From contig JBBQPO010000051.1 of the NCBI GenBank assembly GCA_038217285.1, forward strand, positions 1-26,656: a stretch of DNA of 26,656 nt, in the 5' to 3' direction. This document shows, one piece after another, positions 8,415 to 16,034 of this stretch. Numbering within the stretch: the stretch's first letter is position 1; the number at the start of each line of letters is the position of its first letter. The notes under the pieces are model-generated. The model saw nothing but the letters and a program-made list of their open reading frames with translations, did no database searches and was not told the DNA's origin. A program made the position numbers and the translations under genes. This DNA comes from Chthonomonadales bacterium. GTDB taxonomy: Bacteria; Armatimonadota; Chthonomonadetes; Chthonomonadales; Chthonomonadaceae.

Positions 8415-9075
8415 AGTTATTAACAAGTTATCAACAATACCAACAGAACGAACAGGCGATTCGAGATCTCTTCCGAGTACCACTTGGATTCTACGTTCGA
8501 TCCCGTTTCCCGGTTCAAATCGATTCTTCCCTCGCCCGCATCTCTTCCGTTCCCCATTCGGAATCCAGGGAACTATTCCAGAATTTCAAGAGTCATTTCC
8601 CAGAGCCCCTATGAATCAAGAATCAGTTATCTATGATCTATATAAGAGTCTGTGCTTATGATTAAGCGGTGAATAAGACTCATAACTAGGGGGATAGTAG
8701 ACGGGCGAATCGTATTTTTCAAACGATAGAATCAAATCGTTCTGCGACTCTGATAGATTCTGCTAGTTACCGATAACGCAATTGAGTCTACATCCGTCTC
8801 AACTACTAGGGGGATAGTTATTAACAATGGGCCGTCTTCGCTGTTAATAACTCGACTCATAACTGCCCACTTACTAACAGAGAACTGTTGACAGATTCGT
8901 TGACAGGCAGTTATGAGTCCCGCTGTTAATAACTTCGCCCCGACTCGGTTGAAACTGTTAATAACTATCCCCCTAGTAGCAATCCGCCCTTCGGGAAGTG
9001 CATGTTTAAAGCGTTAAACATGCACTTGTTCGCCCTTCGAATCGCCTTCCCTACTCCGCCTCTCTGTTAATAACT
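8415..9075. repeat. Non-canonical DnaA-box-like repeat AGTTATTAACA, 6 exact copies
   Basis: TTATTAACA core at 8417(+), 8818(+), 8842(-), 8924(-), 8956(-), 9065(-). One-mismatch variants TTATCAACA 8428 and TTACTAACA 8871. Confidence 0.85.
8996..9027. repeat. Perfect 14-bp hairpin downstream of dnaA (terminator or protein-binding palindrome)
   Basis: AAGTGCATGTTTAA-agcg-TTAAACATGCACTT. Confidence 0.7.
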
Positions 9076-9110
9076 TCCTCCTGGCACTGTATAACTTTGC
9101 GACTCAGAGT

Positions 9111-10652
9111 TTAACCCATCAGACTCTTAATCAACTGATTCACCAGAGCTTTCAGGCCGGGATCGGCCTGGAGCAGGGTGCGGATTCGCTGGCAGGCGTA
9201 GACGATGGTGGCATGGTCTCGTCCGCCGAATGCCGCTCCCGTGATGGAGGTGTTGAGCTCCGGCATAAGCTCACGACAGAGGTGCATGGCGACATGGCGC
9301 GCCAGAGCGATATCCTTATGGCGGCCCGGCCCCTTGATCTGCACGGAGGTCGTCTGAAACTGCTCCGCGACGGCGTCCACGATCTCATCGATGGTAACCT
9401 TTCGCACCCGGATCGGCTTGCCTATGAAGTACTCGCTCAGCACACCCTGCGCGACCTCCTGCGTGGGCGACTGGTTCATGATTGAACAGGAGGCAATCAG
9501 GCGCGTCAGAGCGCCTTCCAGCGTCCTCATATTGGACTGGATGGCATCGGCGATATAGAGCAGTACATCGTCAGGGACATCCACCCCTTCCCGTTCGCGG
9601 CATTTCTGAAGGAACGCGATGCGGGTTTCCAACTCCGGCGGACTGATATCGGCGATCAGGCCGCTCTGGAAGCGGGATCGAAGGCGTTCGTCCATTGTAT
9701 TCAGTTCACGCGGACTGCGGTCGCTGGCGAGCACGATCTGCTTCCCCGTCTGATAGAGCGCGCTGAAGGTGTGGAAGAACTCCTCTTTGGTCTGCTCTTT
9801 ACCGGCGATGAACTGAATATCGTCTACCAGCCAGACATCCACCGCGCGATGCTGACGGCGGAACTCTTCGATGACTTTCGCCCCGAGCGACGAGACATAG
9901 TGCTGCGTGAAATACTCGCCGGAGACGTAGGCGATTCGCATCTTGGGATGTCGGCGGCGGATGTCGTGGGCAATCGACTGCAGCAGATGTGTTTTCCCGA
10001 GGCCAGGGCCGCCGTAGAGAAACAGCGGATTGTAGACGTCGCCGGGCCGCTCGGCGACGGCGCTCGCGCTTGCGAAGGCAAGACGATTCGAGCGTCCGCC
10101 GCCTAAAAAGTTCTCGAAGAGGAAGCGGCCGTTCAGCGGCATGCAGGGGATTTCGGGCAGGTCGGCGCCGCGTCTGCCTTCGGTCTTGCGAGAGTTGGAT
10201 TTCGGGGTGGGGCGCGGCTGCACCGAAGGCGTCTGCAGGGGCGTTTCGGCGCGGGCCGCCACATGGGGAGGGTCTGCCTCCTCATCGGCTTCGGTATCGA
10301 GGGGCAGGGCCGTCTGAACCGAAGCGGTCGCCGACGCCTTGCGCGAACTCTCCGCCTGCTGTTCACGGGAGGAGACGACCAACTGGACCTGGAGGCCGGT
10401 GGTATCGAGGTGGAACTCCAGCGCACTGCGAATAGCGTTCAGGTGATTGTGTTCCAGGCGGTCCCGAGCGAACGCACTGCTGACTCCGAGGGTGACGACA
10501 TTGCCTTCGTAGGTCAGTGGCTGTATCGGCACGATGAAGCCCTGGAACATGGACGTGCTGACTTTGGAGGCAAGAAGATGCAGCGACAGCTTCCACGCGA
10601 TTCGGAGCGTGGCCGAGCGGTCTTCCTCTCCGAATTCGAGCTGTCCGCTCAC
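9111..10652 (-). CDS. dnaA: Chromosomal replication initiator DnaA
   Basis: YNPLFLYGGPGLGKTHL, DDIQFIAGK, EEFFHTF, SDR, RLRSRF, SNMRTLEGAL, FGGRDH; all four domains present. Confidence 0.97.
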   Translation of the reverse strand: MSGQLEFGEEDRSATLRIAWKLSLHLLASKVSTSMFQGFIVPIQPLTYEGNVVTLGVSSAFARDRLEHNHLNAIRSALEFHLDTTGLQVQLVVSSREQQAESSRKASATASVQTALPLDTEADEEADPPHVAARAETPLQTPSVQPRPTPKSNSRKTEGRRGADLPEIPCMPLNGRFLFENFLGGGRSNRLAFASASAVAERPGDVYNPLFLYGGPGLGKTHLLQSIAHDIRRRHPKMRIAYVSGEYFTQHYVSSLGAKVIEEFRRQHRAVDVWLVDDIQFIAGKEQTKEEFFHTFSALYQTGKQIVLASDRSPRELNTMDERLRSRFQSGLIADISPPELETRIAFLQKCREREGVDVPDDVLLYIADAIQSNMRTLEGALTRLIASCSIMNQSPTQEVAQGVLSEYFIGKPIRVRKVTIDEIVDAVAEQFQTTSVQIKGPGRHKDIALARHVAMHLCRELMPELNTSITGAAFGGRDHATIVYACQRIRTLLQADPGLKALVNQLIKSLMG

Positions 10653-10753
10653 CCTGGCCTCCGGTCTACGTCCGCTTGCCCGGTCATTCCGGAATGCGGC
10701 TCTCGCTGCTCACTCGTGTCTCTCATCGCGCACCACCGATACGAACCGGGCTG

Positions 10754-10783
10754 ATTATAGCAAATATCGACCCGCTTCCGCAA
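10754..10783 (-). promoter_or_regulatory. Candidate sigma-70 promoter for dnaA
   Basis: Minus strand TTGCGG (10778-10783) - 18 bp - TATAAT (10754-10759) with extended -10 TG. Confidence 0.55.
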
Positions 10784-10965
10784 GGGCGATTCAGGCTCCC
10801 TAACGCGGCCGCCTTGAAGATTTTTTGTTCGCATCAGGCCGTCTTGAGCAGGAGTTCCCCTCGGCTGCCGCGAACCACAGAAGAGTGTCGTACAGATGTC
10901 TTAAGCGAACTGCAAAGTGGCGGCGTCTGCCGGAAACGGCGGCTCAAAAAAGGAGAAAAGATTCC

Positions 10966-11580
10966 ATGTCCCTGCATCATAATCGTATCGTATTGGTCGT
11001 CGGATGGGGCGGAGTGCCTATGTTGGCAGGCCTGACGGCCCTGCTGTTGGCGGGCGCTCCGGTCGGTACCCGAGCGGAGGAAGCGCTTCCGAACGCGGCG
11101 GTGTCCACCGATGTGTTTGCGCGCGTCGTGCCGCTGACACTCGCCGCCACGGAGCGACGGGGCGGCCAGCTCGGGCCGCTGGACCTGATCCCCAAACCCT
11201 TCCCGCTTCATCTGCGGCTGGGAGCGATGCTCTCGCCGCGCACCAAGTTCGACGGCGGCATCGACGTGACGCTGGGACGCGGGATACTGCCGAGCTCTAC
11301 CACGCGCATCGATGCGGATGCGATCCTCTCCGCCAACTTCCGCGGTATCTCGACCCTGGTGCCGATCACATTGGACCAGATCTACTCCAAAGGACTGCTT
11401 GGCGGCAATCGTCTCTACTTCGGGGCGGGCCTCGGCCCGTACATCGCGGAGAGGACGCGTTTCGGGGGCAAACTGTTTATTGGCGCGGACCTCGCGGTCC
11501 GGATCGGGGTCGAGGGCGCGGTCCACTTCTCGGGCACCGGCAGTCCTCTGCTGACACTGCAGGCGCGCGTCGGACTGTAG
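10966..11580 (+). CDS. Hypothetical secreted protein, small outer-membrane beta-barrel-like
   Basis: AGGAGA RBS then ATG 10966; signal peptide-like N-terminus; alternating strands (LYFGAGLGPY, IGVEGAVHF, LTLQARVGL). Confidence 0.6.
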   Translation: MSLHHNRIVLVVGWGGVPMLAGLTALLLAGAPVGTRAEEALPNAAVSTDVFARVVPLTLAATERRGGQLGPLDLIPKPFPLHLRLGAMLSPRTKFDGGIDVTLGRGILPSSTTRIDADAILSANFRGISTLVPITLDQIYSKGLLGGNRLYFGAGLGPYIAERTRFGGKLFIGADLAVRIGVEGAVHFSGTGSPLLTLQARVGL

Positions 11581-11596
11581 TATGCCATATCGGCGA

Positions 11597-11645
11597 TGAA
11601 GCCAACACGACGTAGGGATCTGGTCCCTGCGTCGTGTTGGCTTCA
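11597..11645. terminator. Long hairpin between convergent genes (bidirectional terminator or REP-like)
   Basis: 22-bp arms TGAAGCCAACACGACGTAGGGA / TCCCTGCGTCGTGTTGGCTTCA with one G-U pair. Confidence 0.65.
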
Positions 11646-11682
11646 AGTTGTTTGCGCAGGGCGACTCTGCGTTAAGGCCGGG

Positions 11683-12054
11683 CTACTTGTTGTCTTTGTC
11701 GCCGCGATCTTTGAAGAAGAAGCTGATCACGCCGCTGAGGAGGCCCATCGCAACCGAGCCGATGAGGGCGGGCAGCGCCCCGTCCACACGATAGCCTGGC
11801 ACCACACCGCTCCCTGCCACCCAGAAGAACAGGATGTTCAATGCAAAACCCAGCAGCCCAAACGTCAGACAGTTGATAGGCCACGCGAAGAACATGATGA
11901 TAGGACGAAGGACGGCATTGGCGAGCGCCAGCCCGACGACGACAATCACCAGCGACAGATAGTTATGCCCATCGAAATGAATGCCAGGCACGAACATTGT
12001 CACCGCAAACAGAGCCGCGATGTTGGCGATCCAGCGCACAATCCAGTTTTTCAC
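11683..12054 (-). CDS. YvlD-like 4-TM membrane protein (phage holin superfamily IV)
   Basis: 123 aa; NAVLRPI....WPINCLTFGL..FALN pattern. Confidence 0.85.
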   Translation of the reverse strand: MKNWIVRWIANIAALFAVTMFVPGIHFDGHNYLSLVIVVVGLALANAVLRPIIMFFAWPINCLTFGLLGFALNILFFWVAGSGVVPGYRVDGALPALIGSVAMGLLSGVISFFFKDRGDKDNK

Positions 12055-12953
12055 CGCTTGATTCCTCCAGCGTTTTCAGGGGCCAACGGCGCTCTTCCGG
12101 AAGACGCGTGTAACACGAAATGCTCGACAGCCCGCGCGACGCCGTCCTCCCGGTAGCCGGAGGTCACATAGTCGGCGGCCGCGCTCACCTCGGGCAGGGC
12201 ATTGCCCATCGCCACGCCGACCCCGGCCCAGCGCAGCATCTCGATATCGTTCAGATGGTCGCCGACGGCCATCGTCTCCTCCTGCCGTACACCTAGATGC
12301 TTTGCTATGTACTCGACTCCGACCTGCTTGCTGACCCCCGGCACATAGATCTCGATGCCCCAGTTCAGTTCCGAACCCGACTGCACGACACTGACAGCCC
12401 CAGCAAGGTGCGTTCGCAGTTTTTCTACCAGGGGGCGCATGCGCTCTGGAGGGCCAAAGGCGCTGACGGAGACGGGCTCGAAGGGCAGTTCCTCCAGAAT
12501 GCGGGCGTAGGGCCGGTAACGCGGTATATCGGCCCACCGGCCCACCGTCATCTCCGGATGATAGAGCACTCGCGCACCTTCAAGGCCCGGCCTATCCGAG
12601 TCCTCGAAAACATAGGGCTCCGAACCGACCGCGACGATGGCGCGCACCACCTCCAGCGCCAGCGGGATCGGCATCAGATTGCGATAGAGGATCTCGCCGC
12701 GACCGGCGTGGGCCGCCACGCTCCCATTGGAGGCCACCAGGTAGCCATACGGCTCGCCCAGCGATTCGAGCACGGGCTGGGCGCGAAACCGAGTACGACC
12801 CGTGCAGAGAACGACATGACAGCCCTGCGCCTGTGCCGCTGCCAGCGCCACCGCCACGCCGGGCGAAACAGCCTCTTCCATTCCGACGAGCGTACCGTCT
12901 ATATCCAGAAACAGTGCGCGTATCTGCGGTGCGTGGGGGACTTGCTTTTCCAT
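12051..12953 (-). CDS. Cof-type HAD-IIB hydrolase
   Basis: [37 protein letters not shown] motifs. Confidence 0.93.
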   Translation of the reverse strand: MEKQVPHAPQIRALFLDIDGTLVGMEEAVSPGVAVALAAAQAQGCHVVLCTGRTRFRAQPVLESLGEPYGYLVASNGSVAAHAGRGEILYRNLMPIPLALEVVRAIVAVGSEPYVFEDSDRPGLEGARVLYHPEMTVGRWADIPRYRPYARILEELPFEPVSVSAFGPPERMRPLVEKLRTHLAGAVSVVQSGSELNWGIEIYVPGVSKQVGVEYIAKHLGVRQEETMAVGDHLNDIEMLRWAGVGVAMGNALPEVSAAADYVTSGYREDGVARAVEHFVLHASSGRAPLAPENAGGIKR

Positions 12954-13055
12954 ATAGACTCATTATACCTCTCCTCGCTTCGACCGGGAAGGAAATCAAT
13001 CGTTGGGAAGCCAAATACCTTTTACGGTATCCGGGATACAGCAAAGGAGCAATCA

Positions 13056-14159
13056 ATGGCCACAGGCACATCGCGCCGTCACTTTCTGACGGGCGCGCTG
13101 GGAAGTGCGGTAACGCTGGGAGCAGCGGCGAACGACGCCGGAGCACAGGAAGCGAAACCCAACCCGAAGGCCCGCATGAAGCTCGGGCATCAGCACCACG
13201 ACAGCGAGGCCGACCTGAAGATCATGGCGGCTCTCGGCGTCAATCATATCTGCAGTGCGCTGCCTTCCCGCACTATGGACGCCAACTGGACCGTCGCGGG
13301 CCTGACCCGTCTGCGCGAGCGTGTGGAAAAACATGGCATCGCCCTGGAAGCGGTGCCCTTGCCGATGAGCTCCGTCGCCATCGAAAAGGCGGAGATGCCG
13401 AATATTCTGCTCGGCAAGTCTCCGGAGCGGGATCGCGAGATAGATCAGATCTGCGAGATGATCGGCAACGCCGCGAAGGCCGGGATCTTCCTGCTCAAGT
13501 ATAACCTCACCCTGCTCGGCGTTCCGCGCACGGCCTCGACTCCAGGGCGCGGCGATGCCCGCTATAGCACCTTCACCTATACCAAGGCCGACTCCGACAC
13601 GCCGACGTTGGCCGGGCATGTCACCTCCGATCTCTACTGGGAGCGGGTCACCTACTTCCTCAAGCGTGTCATTCCGGTAGCAGCGGAGAATAGAGTCCGG
13701 CTCGCCTGCCATCCCAACGATCCTTCCATGCCCAAAAAGGGCTATCGCGGGATCGAATGCCCGCTCGGGACGGTAGACGGGTTGAAGCGGTTCATCGAGA
13801 TCGTGCCCAGCCCCTATCATGGCCTGAACTTCTGCCAGGGAACGGTCTGCGAGATGCTGACAGACCCGAATCGCGAGATAGCCGATGTCATCCGCTATTT
13901 CGGCAGCCGGGGCAAGATTTTCAACGTCCATTTCCGCAATATCAAGGGCCGTTTTCTCGACTTCTCGGAGACTTTGCCGGATAATGGGGACGTGGATATG
14001 CCCCGCATCCTGCGAGTCTACCAGGAGGTGGGCTACGACGGTATGATCATGCCCGACCATGTTCCGGTCATCGAGGGCGATGTAGGCGGCGCGCTCGCCT
14101 ATGCCTACTCCTTCGGCTATATCCAGGCCTTATTGCAGACGGTGCAGGGCACTGCCTGA
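13056..14159 (+). CDS. uxuA: Mannonate dehydratase family protein with Tat signal peptide
   Basis: AAGGAG RBS, ATG 13056; SRRHFL twin-arginine motif; [27 protein letters not shown]. Confidence 0.85.
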   Translation: MATGTSRRHFLTGALGSAVTLGAAANDAGAQEAKPNPKARMKLGHQHHDSEADLKIMAALGVNHICSALPSRTMDANWTVAGLTRLRERVEKHGIALEAVPLPMSSVAIEKAEMPNILLGKSPERDREIDQICEMIGNAAKAGIFLLKYNLTLLGVPRTASTPGRGDARYSTFTYTKADSDTPTLAGHVTSDLYWERVTYFLKRVIPVAAENRVRLACHPNDPSMPKKGYRGIECPLGTVDGLKRFIEIVPSPYHGLNFCQGTVCEMLTDPNREIADVIRYFGSRGKIFNVHFRNIKGRFLDFSETLPDNGDVDMPRILRVYQEVGYDGMIMPDHVPVIEGDVGGALAYAYSFGYIQALLQTVQGTA

Positions 14160-14185
14160 AAGCAGAGAGAGAAAGGGAAGAGCGA

Positions 14186-14956
14186 TTGAAATATCTGCGT
14201 GAGCGTGTATTGCGGCGCGAGGTGCTGGCAGGAACGTGGCTGAACCTGGGTTCCAGCGTGACGGCCGAGATTGCGGGTAAAGCCGGATTCGACTGGCTGC
14301 TGATCGATCTGGAGCATGGCTCCGGCGATGAGGCGCATCTGCTGGGGCAGTTGCAGGCGATCAGCGCCACAGACTCCGTTGGAATCGTGCGCATCGCCTG
14401 GAACGATGCCCCGCGTTTCAAACGCACCCTCGACCTGGGACCCAGTGGGATCATGGTTCCCTACGTCAACACGGCGGAAGAGGCACGTAGGGCCGTCGCC
14501 GCCATGCGTTACCCGCCGCAGGGAGTGCGTGGCGCGGCACGATTCACCCGGGCCGCCGGGTTTAGCCAGGAGTTCGACCGCTACTTTGCGGAAGCCAACG
14601 CCAACCTTCTGACTATCGTGCAGATCGAGACCCCGCAGGCGGTCGCGCAAGTAGAGGAGATCGCCGCCGTGGAAGGCGTGGATGTGCTGTTCGTCGGGCC
14701 GCTCGACCTGAGCCTCGGCCTCGGCATACCCCAGCAGTACACGCATCCGGACTTTCGCGCCGCACTGCACCGCGTCTCTGAGGCCGCGCGAGGGGCCAAC
14801 AAGGCGGCCGGCATTCTGCTTGGCTCGGCCGATCAGATCGCGCCGACGGTGGCGGACGGCTTTACCTTCCTGGCGGTCGGCTCCGACGGCGGCATGGTCG
14901 CGGCAGGCATGAAGAGCCTCCTCTCCGTCTTTACAAACGTTCGAAGCGGCTCCTGA
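14186..14956 (+). CDS. HpcH/HpaI family 2-keto-3-deoxy sugar-acid aldolase
   Basis: GFDWLLIDLEHG, LDLG..GIMVP, RYPPQGVRG, QIET, LFVGPLDLS. Confidence 0.93.
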   Translation: MKYLRERVLRREVLAGTWLNLGSSVTAEIAGKAGFDWLLIDLEHGSGDEAHLLGQLQAISATDSVGIVRIAWNDAPRFKRTLDLGPSGIMVPYVNTAEEARRAVAAMRYPPQGVRGAARFTRAAGFSQEFDRYFAEANANLLTIVQIETPQAVAQVEEIAAVEGVDVLFVGPLDLSLGLGIPQQYTHPDFRAALHRVSEAARGANKAAGILLGSADQIAPTVADGFTFLAVGSDGGMVAAGMKSLLSVFTNVRSGS

Positions 14957-15010
14957 GCCGACAAAGAGGCGTCGCCACAAGGGTTTCATTTTAGATCGGG
15001 AGGAAAGCAT

Positions 15011-15937
15011 TTGGACTTAGAACGATGGCGGGTCTCGCTGCATGGGGGGCATAGCGGCGAGTTTTGTGACCATGCCGAGGGAACACTACGAGAGATTTTG
15101 GAGGCCGCTGTCGCGGCGGGTTATCACACGTTCGGCGTGAGCGAGCATGTGCCGCGCAGTGCGGAACGGTTCCTCTATGCGGAGGAACGGGACCGGGGCT
15201 GGGATATGGCGAAGATCACGGCAGATTTCGAACGCTATTCCGCTGTTCTGACGCCTCTGGCGGAAGAGTTCGCGGATCGGTTGATCGTGCTGCGCGGCTT
15301 CGAGGCGGAGGTGATTCCGACCGAGACTTATGTGGAGCAGATGCGCGGCTATCGGGAACAGCGGCTGCCGGACGGTCGGCCTCTCTTCGACTACTGTGTC
15401 GGCTCGGTACACTATGTTCGGGAGCATCAGATCGATGGGCCGCCGGAGAGCTGGGTCAAAGCGGCGGAAGCCCTGGGGGGGCCGGAAACGCTGGCCGTAA
15501 TCTATTATGAGACGGTCGCGGAGATGGTAGAGGCTCTGCACCCGGAGGTAGTGGGGCATCTGGACTTAATCAAGAGAAACGCTGCCCTGGCAGGTTTTGG
15601 AGATTTTTCTCTCGATACGTCGCGCATCCGTCTGGCGGCGACCGACGCGTTGGAAGCGGTTCGCGCTCATCGCGGAATCCTCGACCTGAACACCGCCGGG
15701 TGGCGTAAAGGGTTGGGCGAGCCCTATCCGGCCCCCTGGCTGGTGAAACAGGCCCAGGCGATGGGCGTTCCTTTCTGCTTTGGCGACGACAGCCACAACA
15801 CGAAACAGGTAGGCGCCGGACTGGAGCAGGCCCGCCTCTATCTACGGCAATGCGGAGTCCCAAGCATCACCGTTCTCACCCGCGAACCCGGCGCTGGCGT
15901 CGGCGGGACACTGTTGCGGCAGAGTGTGGAACTGTAA
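15011..15937 (+). CDS. PHP-family histidinol-phosphatase (HisJ-like)
   Basis: SLHGGHS.EFCDHA, SEH, GFE.E, GSVH, GHLDLIK, NTAG.RK...EPYP, DDSH. Confidence 0.88.
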   Translation: MDLERWRVSLHGGHSGEFCDHAEGTLREILEAAVAAGYHTFGVSEHVPRSAERFLYAEERDRGWDMAKITADFERYSAVLTPLAEEFADRLIVLRGFEAEVIPTETYVEQMRGYREQRLPDGRPLFDYCVGSVHYVREHQIDGPPESWVKAAEALGGPETLAVIYYETVAEMVEALHPEVVGHLDLIKRNAALAGFGDFSLDTSRIRLAATDALEAVRAHRGILDLNTAGWRKGLGEPYPAPWLVKQAQAMGVPFCFGDDSHNTKQVGAGLEQARLYLRQCGVPSITVLTREPGAGVGGTLLRQSVEL

Positions 15938-15967
15938 GGGAGCTCAGGGCGGCGGTTCCGACAAAAT

Positions 15968-16019
15968 CAAACATAAAAATGAGCGTCCTGAAAACTCAGG
16001 ACGCTCATTTTTATGTTTG
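15968..16019. terminator. Bidirectional Rho-independent terminator
   Basis: Perfect 24-bp inverted repeat CAAACATAAAAATGAGCGTCCTGA-aaac-TCAGGACGCTCATTTTTATGTTTG between convergent genes. Confidence 0.9.
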
Positions 16020-16034
16020 CACAAGAAGCAGAAA

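Larger units (their letters stand above)
8410..9110. other. Putative replication origin oriC
   Basis: Lower-GC noncoding interval directly downstream of dnaA, with clustered DnaA-box-like repeats in both orientations and an AT-rich segment at ~8610-8690. Confidence 0.8.

Noticed and set aside
8353-8661. 102 aa ORF inside the origin region
   Set aside because: No recognisable motif or RBS, overlaps the recF start and the repeat motifs; probably spurious.
8620-8700. DnaA-trio tract
   Set aside because: Only short TAG/CTA runs (GATAGTAG, CTACTAG) are visible, without a clear box-GC-trio arrangement; the unwinding site cannot be fixed by eye.
8415-9075. CRISPR array or plasmid iteron interpretation of the repeats
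   Set aside because: Repeats are short, irregularly spaced and in both orientations; no cas or rep genes; position beside dnaA favours oriC.
11683-12054. Prophage suggested by the holin-family annotation
   Set aside because: YvlD-like proteins are common chromosomal genes; no phage genes nearby.
12297-13055. 620 aa ORF suggesting a long N-terminal fusion to UxuA
   Set aside because: The extension is antisense to the Cof gene; a good RBS and Tat signal start at 13056.
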